DNA from: Hemiscyllium ocellatum
Lineage: Eukaryota
NCBI RefSeq assembly: GCF_020745735.1
Contig: NC_083416.1
Location: 17,336,400-17,400,399 of the forward strand
Direction: 5' to 3'
DNA: 64,000 bases
Position 1 is the stretch's first letter. The number at the start of each line of letters is the position of its first letter. Under the pieces are notes generated by a model. It had not been told where the DNA came from, searched no databases, and saw only the letters and a list, made by a program, of their open reading frames with translations. A program made the position numbers and the translations under genes. This document shows, one piece after another, positions 36,866 through 50,045 of the stretch.

Positions 36866-37716
36866 TTAATGATTCTGCATCCACTGCCTTTTAAGAAAGG
36901 GAATTTTAATTCTAAACATTCAATCTGCAGCTTAATCAGTACATAACAGACACCTTCAGGTTCTGGTTAGTTATAAAATTCAGTGAGTAAGTTATTTTCA
37001 CTGCATTTAATTCTTGTTTTGGTACCTTAATAAGTATTATACTTCAGACTGATTTATCTTCAAACATAAATGATGGCAACCCCTTATCGAGAGGTCAGTG
37101 CTAATGTTTGCATTTCAATGTGGTTCTGCATGACATCAGTGAATTACAGATCTATAATCGAATCTAATCTAATGATTCAGTGTTACAGCCAAAGATTGGG
37201 ACAGATCCCCAGATTCATTGCTAGGTAAAATTTTGGCAATATGTGTAGATCCATCCAAAACTGAAATGGGTGGTCAACACTGTTGAAATGTCTATCAGAA
37301 CTTTAAAACAACCTCTTCCCACTCAATTATTTTGTTTTTAAAATGTGACAAATACTCAAAGTCTGGAAGTATGTGTGCAGAGACAAATCGAATTAACGAT
37401 TCAGATCTGCAAATTTTAATTAGAACTGGATGAAGTAACTGATCTGACAGATTTAGGTTCAGTGAGGCGGGTGTGTTATATTCTTGCTATTTGCATACCA
37501 CAGATAGAGAACAAAAAATGTAAAACAAAATCTGTGACAGATAGAGAAGTTTACACAACACAAGTAAAAAAACTAAAGATGTGGGGTTTTGTAGAGCCGT
37601 GCAGTCTAATTAATTTTTAAAACTGGTAGGTAGGATCCAGTGGCATCTGTGTCCCCATTTCCAACAGATTCCATTTGTCAGTAGGAAGAACTCATTTTGC
37701 TGTACTAAGGACCTTA

Positions 37717-38039
37717 GGGGCAGAACAGAGGCTCAGTGGTTAGCACTTCTGTCTCACAGTGCCAGGGACCCGGCTTCGATTCCAGCCTTGGGCGACTACC
37801 CATGGAGTTTGCACATTCTCCCCTTGTCTGTGTGGGTTTCCTCCAGGTGCTCCTGTTTCCTCCCACAATCACAAAGATGTGCAGGTCAGGTGAATTGGCC
37901 ATGCTAAGTTACCCTTAGTGATAGGTGCATTAGTAGGGAATAGGGGAATGGGTCTGGATGGGTTACTCTTCGGAGGGTCGGTGTGGACTTGTTTGACCGA
38001 AGGGCCCGTTTCCACACTGTAGGTAATCTAACCTAATCT
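37717..38039 (+). mobile_element. HE1-type SINE, full length
   Basis: ggctcagtggttagcac...cttcgattcc head, V-core ggagtttgcacattctcccc, tail gtttccacactgtaggtaatctaa. Confidence 0.92.
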
Positions 38040-38149
38040 TCACCTACGGCACGGATGTTGCATTTTATTAGAATAGATATAAATGTTCATAAAGGGCAGA
38101 GAAGATCTAAAGAACCTTGAAACTGTCAAGTTATTTAAGTTCTCAAAAT

Positions 38150-38310
38150 AAAACAATGAACTGCAGAGACAGAAAATCTGACACAAAAAACTGAAATTGC
38201 TGGAGAAATTCAGCAAGTCTGGCAGCATCTGTGAAGAGAATGCAGAGTTAATGCTTCCAGTCCAGGGACCCTTCAGAACTCTCAACTCTCTAACTCTGCT
38301 TTATTTCCAC
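38150..38310. mobile_element. Old PLE-derived short element
   Basis: aaattgctggagaaattcagcaagtctggcagcatctgtg...cagagtta...cccttcagaact...taactctgct; degenerate hammerhead centre. Confidence 0.6.
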
Positions 38311-39036
38311 AGAATCATAGAATCCCTACAGTTTGGAAGCAGGCTATTTGGCCCATTGAGTCCATACCAACTCTCTGAAGAACTTAAGATCATATGACAT
38401 AGGAGCAGAAATTAGGCCATTCAGCCCATTGAGTCTGCTCCACCATTCAATCATGGCTGATAAGTTTCTCAACCCCATTCTCCCACTTTATACCCATAAT
38501 CCTTGACCACTTGATAATCAAGAACCTATCAATCTCAGTCTTAAATATACTCAATGACCTGGCCTCCAGAGCCTTCTGTGGCAATGAATTCCATAGATTC
38601 ACCAATCTCTAGCTGAAGAAGTTTCTCCTCATCTCCATTCTAAAACGACTTCCCTTTATTCTAAGGCTGTGCCATTGGGTTCTCATCTCTCCTACCAATG
38701 GAAACATCTTCCCAACATCTGCTCTGCTCAAGCTATTCAGTATTCAGCATCCCACTCAGATCCACCCCTCCACCTTCCTACCCTGTTCCTGCAATTCCCA
38801 TGGCTACCCACCCAGTCTGCACATCCCTGGGCACTACAGAATAATTTAGCATTGCCAATTCAGCTAACCTACACATCTTTTGGACTGTGGGAGGAAATTG
38901 CAGCACCCGGAGGAAACCCACGCAGACCTGGGGAGAAATTGCAAACTCCACACAGTTAGTCGCCCAAGGATGAAATCGAACCCTGGTCCCTGGTATTATG
39001 AGGCAATAGTGTTAACCGCTGAGGCACCATGCCAGC
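38311..39036 (-). mobile_element. HE1-type SINE split by a CR1 3' fragment (38385-38745)
   Basis: Tail agaatcatagaatccctacag at 38311; body gaggaaacccacgcagac...aaactccacacag; head ccgctgaggcaccatgcc at ~39030. Confidence 0.85.
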
Positions 39037-39869
39037 CTTAAAAAATGATGCCAAACCTGAATTTCGCTAGTATTTTCTGCTTTTGTATTTAATTCTTCAG
39101 TTCTCTCAGAAAAATAAAGAAAAGTCTGCCCACGTCAGTGGTACTTAAGATGTGATCCTCATTGATACTTCCTCGTGGACTATCTTTAAGCCCTTATGAA
39201 TGCTTGAAGCTATAATTATCCTAATGGGGAGATTCTAAGCTCAAGGAGATCTTTGATGTGGGGTTATCAAGAGAACAGTTCTTTTATAAAAAGGATTAAT
39301 CACTTGAGGAGATTTTAAAGTTCTGAATGGGATTTTTTTTTAATAAGGGGAAGACAAGATACCTTTTCTTTATTTAATCTGAACATCTCTCCTAAGATCT
39401 GCTCCTGGTAATTACTGGGTGAGATAGCATGGATGGTATAAGGGCCATGGATTGATTGGCATGAGTTGACACTAAGTTGGTCTGGCTGCCTATAAAGATA
39501 ACGAGTGGGACAAGGGTTGTATTCTGTTGGTATGGGGCCACGCGTAAGGCATTGGGAGTACATTGAATGGATGATGCCGTTTGAGGAGAGAGGGCTAGAG
39601 GGCTGAAAGCTTAACAAAACAACTACGGCCAAGTCTTTTAAACAGACAGCCTCAGCACTCGGGCACCTCTTTTACCTCCGATCTGTTTAAGGTTGTCAGG
39701 CACAATTCTCTCCTGCACTCATCACTCCAGAGCTACATTCATGCCATTCGACATGAACTGGACGTTACAAAAGCTGTTCAGCTGCACCAGTAAAGTGCTT
39801 CATGAGAAACTCACAAGAAAGAAAACTGAAGAACTCTCCTAAAATGACACAAAGAGTTAAATTCCAAAG

Positions 39870-40047
39870 AGAAGAGCAAACTACTGCAAATGCTGCAATC
39901 CGTACTGAAAACAAATCGTGGAAATCACAGCAGGTAAGGCAGCATCCATAAAGAGGTGAAGAGTCATCTATATTTGAAACGGTAGCTTGCTTTCTATCCA
40001 TGGATACTGCCTAACCCGCTGTGATCTCCAGCATTTGTTGTTTTAAC
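39870..40047. mobile_element. Old palindromic PLE-derived element
   Basis: atcacagcaggtaaggcagcatccat / atggatactgcctaacccgctgtgat inverted arms. Confidence 0.65.
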
Positions 40048-40289
40048 CTTGAAATAAACTTCGCCCCTGAAATTCATCTGATTGAAAACTGATTTTAAGT
40101 ATCGAGAGCGTTGGTTCCTCATGCTGCTCAGCCATGGTACACGTATGCATGGACACAGATAAACACAGCTACCTAAGTCTATTGTATTAGCAGCTTGAAG
40201 TCAATGAATTAAGTCAAATGTGTCCTAGAGAGGGAAATCCAATTCTGTTCAAGATTGCCTTGATCTGCTACAATTCGCAAACCATCACA

Positions 40290-41420
40290 ATAGGTCCACA
40301 GCAGACACTATCTGGAACATCTGGATAACAAAGATACCTACATCAGACTCCTATTCATTGACTTGAGCTCCATCTTCAATGCCATAATTCCAGTGAAACT
40401 CATTTCTAAACTCAGAGACCTAGAACTCTGCTTCCACCTGCAACTGGATCCTTAACTTCCTCACCTGCAGACACAATCAGCAAGGACAGGCAACAACACC
40501 TCATTCACAATAATCCTCAACACCGATGCCCTGCAAGGCTGCGTACTCAGCCCCTTATTATGCTCCTTATGTACTCACGATTGTATGGCCAAATTCAGCT
40601 TCAACTTCATTTACAAATTTGCTGATGATACTACCATTGTAGGTCTGATCTCAAACAAAAAAAGAGACAGGAAGGAGATTGACAGTTTAGTGCCATGGTG
40701 GAAAGACAACAATCTCTCCCTCAATGTCAGCAAAACAAAGAAGCTAGTCATCAACTTCAGGAAGCAGAGTTGAGGGCACACTCCTGTCTGTATCAATGGT
40801 GTTGAGGTGGAGGTGGTCCAGCACTTCAAATCCCCAGGAGTAAATATCGTCAACGATCTATCCTGGTCAATCCGCATCAATGCTACAGTGAAGAAAGCAC
40901 TACTTCTTTAGAAAGTGATGGAAATTTAGCATTTCCACAGTGAATATTACCAATTCTTATAAATGCACCACAGGAAGCAATCTTTTCATGCCATACCCAA
41001 AACCTCAAGAAATTAGAAAATTGTAAATGCAGCCCAGTGCATCACGAAAACCAGCCTTCCTTCCGTTGCCTTCGTCCATGCATTCGACTGCCTCCAGAAA
41101 GCAACCAACACAATCAAAGATCCCTCCCACGCCGATTATACTCTCTTCCACACTCTTCCATCAGGCAGAAAATACTGAAGTTGAAAACACGTACCAACAG
41201 ATTTAAGAACAGCTTCTTTTCTGCTGTTATCAGACTTATGACTGGACCTCTCAAATAGGACAGTTGATTTTCCTCTGCATCTTCTCTGTAGCTGTAACAT
41301 TATATTCTGCATTCTGTCCCAATGTACTTATGGAAGGTATGTCTTGTCTGATTCTCATGCAAAACAATACTTGTCACTGTATCTCAGTTCATGAACAATA
41401 ACAAATCAAATCAAATCAAA
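40290..41420 (+). mobile_element. Rex1/Babar-clade LINE 3' part
   Basis: YKFADDTTIVGLIS...NNLSLNVSKTKKLVINFRK and LKTRTNRFKNSFF; (caaat)n tail. Confidence 0.9.
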
Positions 41421-41959
41421 GCAAAGCAATAAGGGCTGCTGAAGAGGTAGTTTGCTGTACACATACAATAGCTGAAAGCCGGCCAGCCCAAAGGAGTCCC
41501 TGTAAAGAAAATCCTCTCTCAGCCACCTAGTTTGTTGCCTCCTTCACTCAGGGCCTCCGGTTAAGTCACTGCCTAAGCATAAAGTCAGGTTAATCTGTTC
41601 ACCCACATTTACATGGTCTATCAAGAAATAAACACTCTACCACTTGGCTCAAACCACCAGAATGCCCTGGGGAATGAGGGAACCAGCATCATGCTCCTCT
41701 AGCCTTATTGTTCCTGTACCTTATAGGTGAGGATTGTGTTTCAACCTTGGTTCAATAAGGAATGCAGAAGGGCATAGCAGGAGTAGCAACAGGCATATCT
41801 TAAGATGAGGAGCCACCTTTGTGAAGCATCAATACAAGTCTGCATGCATGCTTTATAATGGAAACAGCAGGTAACAGAGAGAGTTAAGTGATCCACAATC
41901 AATGGCTCAAATGAAAGTACTGCAGTAAATTTACTGTCATATTTGACTCGAAGAATTAT

Positions 41960-42180
41960 CAGGGATTGAAAGCTGGTCTAACAATGACCATGTAACCATT
42001 GTTGACTGGCATAAAAGACCATCTAATTCACTATCGCTGTTAGTGAAGAAAATCTGCCATCCATACTTGATTTGGCCTACATATGATTCTGGATCCACAG
42101 GAATGTTGTGACACTTATCTGCCCTCATAAATAGGCTAGGAAGCCACACAAGTGAACGACAATTAAGGATGCGCAACGGA
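41960..42180 (+). mobile_element. Short bipartite SINE-like derivative of the ancient L2/CR1-group LINE
   Basis: Homologous to the LINE 5' region 5830-6010, then joined directly to the LINE 3' tail (caattaaggatgcgcaa). Confidence 0.65.
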
Positions 42181-42753
42181 CCTGTACCTGACCAGAATAG
42201 ATGTCTGTTAACACAAAATGGCAGATAAGTGGAAAGTAAAATAAAACAGCAGAATTTAAAACAAAATGGCAGACAGTCACTAAGCCAAAACAGCCAGTTC
42301 ACACACAGGAAAACATAATGATACAATTGAACAAGCCACTTCAAGGACAGTAAAAAGGACACAGCCTGTTTGCATTCGAAACAGTTCTGATAAGGCCACC
42401 TTAGATCTGATAAATAAGTAACTCCAGCCACGTTAAATGAAAGGGTATTTGTCCCAGAATGAACAGACACTAGGTGCCACATACAGTCCATTAACACCCT
42501 AAAACAGCTGAGGGGCAACTATCTTACAGCACTTTGAATATTAAGAGATAGGTTCTAGTAAAGAGTCTTAGCATCTTAAGGATAGTTTTCACCATCCAAA
42601 ATAAATACATATAACCAAAGCATAAAGGAAAAAAAAATCCTTTAAACCTGGAAGAGAAAATTAGTTAGCTTTAGGAAACAATTTCTCTTACACCCAGAAC
42701 AAAACAGATCGCTCACAGCCCATCAATCACAAAGTGCTGATAGTAGGGGTAAC

Positions 42754-45560
42754 TGTATGACTTTACATTTTATGACTGACCTTATAACAAAAATTAATAT
42801 TACAAATCTATGGCAACTAAGTCAAAACTAACTGTCTTTTTCAGTTTACTTCATATATAATTTGGACAGTGGGAAGTGGAAGAAGAAGAAGAATTGAAAT
42901 TGATAAAATGGAATATGATGAATAATAGAATTCAAGCTGTTTTTAGAGATAAGCCACCCTGAGACAGACCCGAAGAAGGACTTTGGAATGTGAATGAACA
43001 GGATGCGTGGAAAGGTCGCAAGGCCTATAGATTACTGTATCTGCTGTACATCATGAGATCATGCGAACCTGGGGCTGTCCATAGGAATGCAATCATCGAT
43101 TAGGTGCCTCATAGGACTGAGTATATGAAGTAAGAGGGAGGAACATAATAATCATGTTGTATGTGATTATTAACAAAGTGTACAAACAAATACGGCTTTC
43201 TCTTTTAAAATCAAAGAGTGTCATTGAACTATTTTCCAATCTGAGCCAAGGATTAAAGGAAAAATTGATTTTTCATGTCGAGGCCAGACTCAGGGAAGAT
43301 CCTTTCGCCCTCCCCTGCATTAACCAGTTTCTGCTTGAAAAACATCTTCCACTTGCCAGAATCCTGCCTGCTGCCTGAGTATTCAATCCTGATTGGGGAA
43401 AATACGCTCCTACAGATTGGCGCATCGAGCAGGGTGCCTTGCCTGAAGCTAGCTTACCATAGGCCACAATCTGGGTGAATATGTTCTGACAAAGGTAGGC
43501 AGAGACAAGGATTTAAACAGACGCAGCGCAATCTCCAGCCATTTGTCAATGTCTACAGATAATAACACAAGGCTGTGCTCATATTCCACCAGAAAGAAAA
43601 AATCTTCACTGTTAAAGGAAGAAGACAAGTCTTCAGATGATTCAATTATTGCAGGAACTTTGTAAAAAAAAAATTACACTGAACGACTCAGACCTCTGCA
43701 GGGCTTTATCAAAGGGGTAATGCTAGGTCATAGAAGACTGACTGGTGACCTGAGCGGGAAGTGGCCTTTATTAAGATCAAATAGTCACTGGCCTCCACAC
43801 CAGCATTAAGAACTGCCTGACCTGAAAAAGCCTTTTCACCTCTTTTGCCATTGGTTTCACTGCAATCAATCTGCAGTAGATTGACAGAGACACAGAGACA
43901 TGCTCCTACCTTTGGGATGCTACTGAGCTAAAATGGAATCAGTCATCATAGAACAAGACCCCTATGTCCGAGCCATCTAATGTGCTCCCTGTGCACTAAC
44001 AACATCCATCACCTTCACAATCTCCATATAGTAGAGTCCACTGATTAGAAGCTGGCAAACTGAGAGGTATTACAGACAATCAGTGAGCTAAATGTGAAGC
44101 CGTGCTGTTGCCATGAGACAGTAGTTAAAGACAAGAGAGAGAACCCAGTAAACTATGTGAATCAGGAAGGAGAAAGACATGATCGTACCCAGCTCATGGA
44201 GCAGAAGAGAGACAGGTCAAGTTAAGGAACAGCCATTACTGGGACCAGATGTGCAATGCATGTTTGTAGTTGGAGCGCTGAAGTACTATAATGGAGGCCC
44301 AGCCAGGGTGGGCCATAGTTAATTTGGAAGGGGAGATTTTGGCAGGAGAAAGGATAGAAGGATGTCACTCTGCCCAGGTACATGAACTAAAAACACTTAC
44401 TGCTGCAGGGACTAGGAAAGGGGCAAAGTGTTAACATCTACACAGACAGTGGGTAGTCCATGATTACATGATGGCATGGGCAAGATGATAGGGGCATTAG
44501 TGGCAGATGATATTAAGAGAAAGGAAGGTGAAATGGTAGCTTCCAACAAGAGGGATTGAGTATAGAAGCAAATAGGTTCTTCTGCAGCTGTACAGGGCCC
44601 TGGTGAGACCACACCTGAAGTAATGTGTGCAGTTCTGGTCTCCAAATTTGAGGAAAGACATTCTGGCTATTGAGGGAGTGCAGCGTAGGTTCATGAGGTC
44701 AATTCCTGGAATGGCGAGATTACCTTACGCTGAAAGACTGGAGCAACTGGGCTTGTATACCCTTGAGTTTAGAAGACTGAGAGGGGATCTGATTGAGACA
44801 TATAAGATTATTAAAGGATTGGACACTCTGGAGGCAGGAAACATGTTTCCGCTGATGGGTGAGTGCCGAACCAGAGGTCACAGCTTAAAAATACGCGGTA
44901 GACCATTTAGGACAGAGATGAGGAGAAACTTCTTCACCCAGAGAGTGGTGACTGTGTGGAATGCTCTGCCCCAGAGGGCAATGGAGGCCCAGTCTCTGGA
45001 TTCATTTAAGAAAGAATTGGATAGAACTCTCAAGGATTGTGGAATCAAGGGTTATGGAGATAAGGCAGGAACAGGATACTGATTAAGAATGATCAGCCAT
45101 GATCATATTGAATGGTGGTGCAGGCTCAAAGGGCAGAATGGTCTACTCCTACACCTATTGTCTATTGTGCGAACAGACCTTATGTTGTGCTAACCATGGG
45201 TGAGCACACGTCGGCAGAGATAAAATGATACAGCTAATGTCTAATTGCTGGCGGTGGAAAGGAATGGAAAGAGACATAGCTACATTTTGACAGAGGGGCA
45301 CTGTATGTGCACTGACAGAACCAGAACAGGGAATTAAAATTAAAATGAGTCATACTTCACGGACAAACACGAGACCAATAGCTTATCAAGGACTGGGAGT
45401 CAAACGGACACTCAGGACAAACAGAAATGCCACCCACAGGATCAAAGGTCCTGGTGAAAACAATCCCAAATTAGGTAATATTAACTGGTAACAGGAGCAC
45501 ACTTATTAATGAAAATGGAATTGGCAAATTAAGACATCCTACTCAGCTAAAGATATGTAG
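42754..45560 (+). mobile_element. Endogenous retrovirus remnant (putative LTR, decayed pol: connection, RNase H, integrase)
   Basis: AFIKIK*SLASTPAL/LPDLKKPFHLFC (~43765-43850); SAQVHELKTL (44369) and VNIYTDS (44430); WRWKGMERDIATF*QRGTVCA (45249); GSKVLVKTIP...RHPTQLK (45440-45555). Putative LTR ends CA at 43275; 5' boundary uncertain. Confidence 0.75.
44495..45170 (+). mobile_element. Young CR1 LINE 3' end inserted in the ERV pol
   Basis: Uninterrupted 151-aa ORF2 C-terminus (QFWSPNLRKDILAIEGVQRRF...RRNFFTQRVVTVWNALP); (ctattgt)n tail. Confidence 0.92.
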
Positions 45561-45799
45561 GGGTTAATAATAAAATACCCCTGCTGCACACACACTCTCG
45601 CAGGACTTAAATGTGGCCCTCATTCATGATCACCAAAAACAAGCAGGATCAGGATCTGCGAACACAAGATGCTTACCAGAATAGATTAAGGTCGCATGCA
45701 AATATATGTGACATGATTGCGCGGTGAATTAAGAATAATTAAGAATGTTGCTGAAATAGTGAGTAGGACAATGCTAATCCACTGTGGGCTCCTCTTAAT

Positions 45800-46710
45800 G
45801 TTGATTTAAAGCCATGTCCCCTCATGTTAGCCTTCACTATCCAAGGAAAAAAAGCTCTCACTGTCCACCCTATCAACCCTCTGATTATCTTATACATCTC
45901 GATTAAGCTACCTCTCAGCCGCCTTCTCTCCAACAAAAACAGTCTCAGTTCCTTTAGCCTTTCCTTGTATGACCTTCTTTTCATACCAGGCAACATCCTA
46001 GTAAATCTAATCTGAACCCTTTCCAAAGCTTCCACATCCTTCCTATAACGTGGTGACCAGAACTGCACACAAAACTCTAGGTGCAGCCTTACCAGTGTCT
46101 TGTACAGCTGAAGCATGACCTCGTGGCTGCAAAACTCAATACCCCAACAATAAACACCAACACATGATATGCCTTCTTAACAACCCTATTAACTTTGGTG
46201 GCAACTTTCAGAGATTTATGCACCAGGACACCAAGATCTCTGTGTTCAGCTACATTGCCAAGAATTTTACCATTAGCCCAGTATTCGGCATTAGTTACTT
46301 CTTCCAAAGTGAATTACCTCACACTTTTCCGCATTAAACTCTATTTGCCACTTCTCAGCCCAGCAGTGCATCTTATCTAAGTCCCTCTGTAACCCACATC
46401 ATCCTTCAGCACTATCAGTAACTCTGCCTACCTTAGTGACATCTGCAAATTTACTAACTCATCCTTCTACACCCACCTCCAGATCATTTATAAAAATGAC
46501 AAACAGCAGTTGCCCCAAAACAGATCCTTGCAGCACACCACTGGTAACTGAGCTCCATGATGAACACTATCCATCAATCGCCACCCTCTGTCTTCTTTCA
46601 GCTAGCCAACTTCTGATCTAAACCGCTAAAGCATCTTCAATCCTGAAACTCCTTATTTTGTGCACTAGACTACTGTGTGGAACCTTATCAAATGCCTTAC
46701 TGAAGTCCAA
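45800..46710 (-). mobile_element. CR1 LINE RT/C-terminal fragment
   Basis: LDFSKAFDKVPH; LQLYKTLVRLHLEFCVQFWSPRYRKDVEALERVQ. Confidence 0.9.
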
Positions 46711-46711
46711 T

Positions 46712-46840
46712 AGGCGAAGATGAGGACTGCAGATGCTGGAGATCAGAGTCAAGATTAGAGTGGTGGTGGAAAAGCATAGCAGGTCAGGCAGCATCCGAGG
46801 AGCAGGAAAATCAACGTTTCGGGTAAAAGTCATTCATCAT
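46712..46840 (-). mobile_element. PLE pLTR fragment with degenerate hammerhead
   Basis: gaggactgcagatgctggagatcagag...aatcaacgtttcgggtaaaagtcattcatca; stem II broken. Confidence 0.8.
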
Positions 46841-47275
46841 TAGGACTTTGCAGTTTATTCCTACTTTGCTCCCCATGCAATAGTAGTAGCTCTTTCAGGT
46901 CATGTTAATTTTCATCCAGAAGATGACTCAATAATTTATCCCAATTTTTGAGAAGTTGCTCATTGTTCAATCTAATTTGAGGAACGTCCAATTCAAAATC
47001 ATCTGAACTTGGTTATTCATTTTATGTTGTAACCAGCGACATTTTCTCCTTGTCCTTTCTTTCCCTATCAAAATACTGATTGAACATATTTAAATGACAC
47101 ACCGTGTGATACTTCTTTCTATTTAGAGTCCTTATCAAATAGTTTACCTCACAAATTCTCCTTTCGATTTGATATGGTATACCAAACCTTGCTTTTAAAG
47201 GTTCACCTATCACTGAAAGTAACACTAACACTACATCTCCATTAGCAAAGCTGTGAATTATTGACCTCATCTGCT
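46840..47275 (-). mobile_element. Gmr1-like Gypsy pol fragment: integrase C-terminus followed by pre-RT region
   Basis: FANGDVVLVLLSVIGEPLKARFGIPYQI...NYLI...VCHLNM (GPY/F module), then LKNWDKLLSHLLDEN*HDLKELL (RT lead-in). Confidence 0.75.
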
Positions 47276-50045
47276 TTCCCTAGCTTCCCACAGAGTTCTA
47301 CCTGATCAGGATCTGGGATTTATCCACCATTATGGCTTTTAAGGCATCCAGCACCTCCTTCTCTGTAATATGGATACTTTTCAATATGTCACCAACTATT
47401 TCCCCAAATTCTATATCCTCCATGTCCTTCACCACAGTAAACACTGATCTAAAATACTTGTTTCGTATCTCGCTCATCTCCTGTGGTTCCACACGTAGGC
47501 TGCCTTGCTGATCTTTGAGGAGCCCTACTCTCTCCCTAGTTTCCCTTTTGTCCTTAATTTATTTATAAAATCCCTTTGGATTCTCCTACCCTACTTGCCA
47601 AAGCTATCTCATGTCCCCTTTTTGCCCTTCTGATTTCCCTTTTAAGTATATACTCCTACTGCCTTTATATTCTTCTAAGGATTCAATCAATCTCTGCTGT
47701 CTATACCGGACTTATTCTTCCTTCTTTCACTTGACCAAAATTTCAATTTCGCTAGTCACCCAGCATGCTCTACATATACCAACTTTGTTTTTCATCTTAT
47801 CAGGAATATACTGTCTCTGAATTCTTGTCTCATTTTTGAAGGCTTCCCATTTTCCAGCCATTCCTTTAACTGTGAACATTCACACCCAATCAACTTTTGA
47901 AAGATCTTGCTTAATACCAGCAAAACTGGCCTTCCTCCAATTTAGAACTTCAACTTTTAGATCCTGACTATCCTTTTCCATCACTGTTTTAAAACTAATA
48001 GAATTATGGTCACTGGCCCCAAAGTGCTCCCCCACTGACACCTCAGTCACCTGCCCCACCTCATTTCTCAAGAGTAGATCAAATATTGTACCTTTTCTAC
48101 TAGGTACATCCACATACTGAACCAGAGAATTTTCTTGTACATACTTAACAAACTCCTCTCCATCGAAACCCTTAACACTATGGCAGTCCCAGTCTATGTT
48201 TGGAAAGTTAAAATTCCCTACCATTATTATGGTAGGGAATACCCTATTATTGTTAGCAAAACTGAGATCTCCTCACAAATAGGTTTCTCAATTTCCCACT
48301 GATTACTGGGGGATCTATAGTACACAATCTCAATAAGGTGATCATCCCTTTCTTATTTCTCAGTTCCACCCAAAAAACATTTCAGGATGCAATTCCAGGA
48401 ATATCTTCCCTAAGTACAGCCATAATGTATTCCCCTTTTAAAAAACGCCAGTTCACCTCCTCTCTTCTCCCTTTTCTATCCTTCTTAAAGCACAGGTACC
48501 CTGGAACATTAAGCTTCCAGTACTGTCCATCCTTGAGCCAAGTCTCTGTAAATACTATGATATCCCAGTCCCATGTTCCGAACCATGCACTGAATTCAAC
48601 TGCTTTCCCTTGTTAGGCCTCAGTCCTACCTCATTCTCTGCTTTGTCCCTGCCTGCCCTGACTGTTTGACTTGCTCCTTTTCCCAACTGTACCAGGCTCA
48701 GACTGACCTCTGTCCTTACAATCTACTCCCCCCATCTTCCCAAGCAGCTCTCGAAAGTCTCCCAGCCAATATATTAGTCCCCTTCCAATTCATGTGCAAT
48801 CCTTCTTACACAGGTCACTTCTACCCAGAAGAGATTCCAATAATCTGAACCTTTCTTCTCTGCACCAGTTCTTCAGACACACATTCATCTGCTCTGTCCT
48901 CCTATTCCTACCCTCATTAGCTCATGGCAGTGGGAGTAATCCAGGAATTGCAACCCTTGAGGACCTCCATTTTAAACTCTGGCCTAACTTCTCATATTCT
49001 CAGACGGGGGTGGGGGGGTGGGCGGAATTGGACGGGGTTGTTGATGTGGACGGGGTTATTGGCGCGGATGGGGGTTGGACTGCAACAGATGGGGTTGGGG
49101 GGGTGCGGACGGAGGAGGTGAGGGTAGGGGAGGACAGAACAGCAGAGTCCGAGGTGGGTGGGGGAGCTCGCATGCAGTGTGCTGCTGCCTAGTCTGCTGA
49201 ATGGGGAACAAACTTAACAAGTGCTCAATGTATCAGTCCCATTGAACTGGGGTGAGGTTTCAGCAATGGTGCAGGTTCCGTACAGACAAGTGTGCCAGCT
49301 CAGAATCAAACCCTGAGGCAGAGAGAGGAAGCAAGGCAGGCACAGCGAGTAAAAATGAAACTTCAGAAAACTCCTAGCCTCAGAGGAGAGGCATTGAATC
49401 AATCAACTGAATAATCAATTATCTGAACAAAAGTGCCCGCCCATCTCATTCCAATAATCAAAGTTCCTCTATACTCTAAAAATCACTGCTCCAGGCTAAC
49501 TTCGCATTATTTGTTCTATCTTATTAAAATTTAATAAGAGACAGATCTCAATAAAACATTTAATCAAAAATGAACCCACTCTACTCAGTATTGTAGATTA
49601 ACAAAAACAAAACAGTTGGGTTACACTTAAAAACTATGTACTTAGCTGCCCCATGCTGTAAGCTTCCTCCACAAAGGTTCCTCCAAGGTCAGCTGTGAAT
49701 TTTGCTGTTTGTTAACTTTTCTTAGAATCACTCGGACGTCCAGAGATACTTGAACTCAAACAACAAAGGCGGTAGCTGTGCAGATTCACTGCTGAGTGTA
49801 ACAGCAGTGTAGGTTTCTTTCTCGTTTGAATCACTGTGGTCTCTACCTTTGTCTCTCTTTCTCCTTTTTCAAGCGCTGTTAATTTGATCACTCCCCCCTG
49901 CTAAAAGTTCCAAAGTAATGCAACAGCTTATAAAACACTAATTATTGCTTCTGAAATTCGAGGAAATCAGCTCCAGCATCTAAATTACCTCAAAAACAGG
50001 AACAGCTCTTACAGCCAAATTGTTTTCCTGTCCTCCATCTTGGAT
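47275..50045 (-). mobile_element. HER1-type CR1 LINE 5' half (5' region plus endonuclease)
   Basis: Minus ORFs VGNFNFPNIDWD...GEHFGASDHNSISF and EVLDALKAIMVDKS; homologous to 54632-55800. Confidence 0.85.

Noticed and set aside
41937-42518. 193-aa minus-strand ORF
   Set aside because: No recognisable domain; spans a SINE and LTR-like sequence, with composition typical of a chance ORF.
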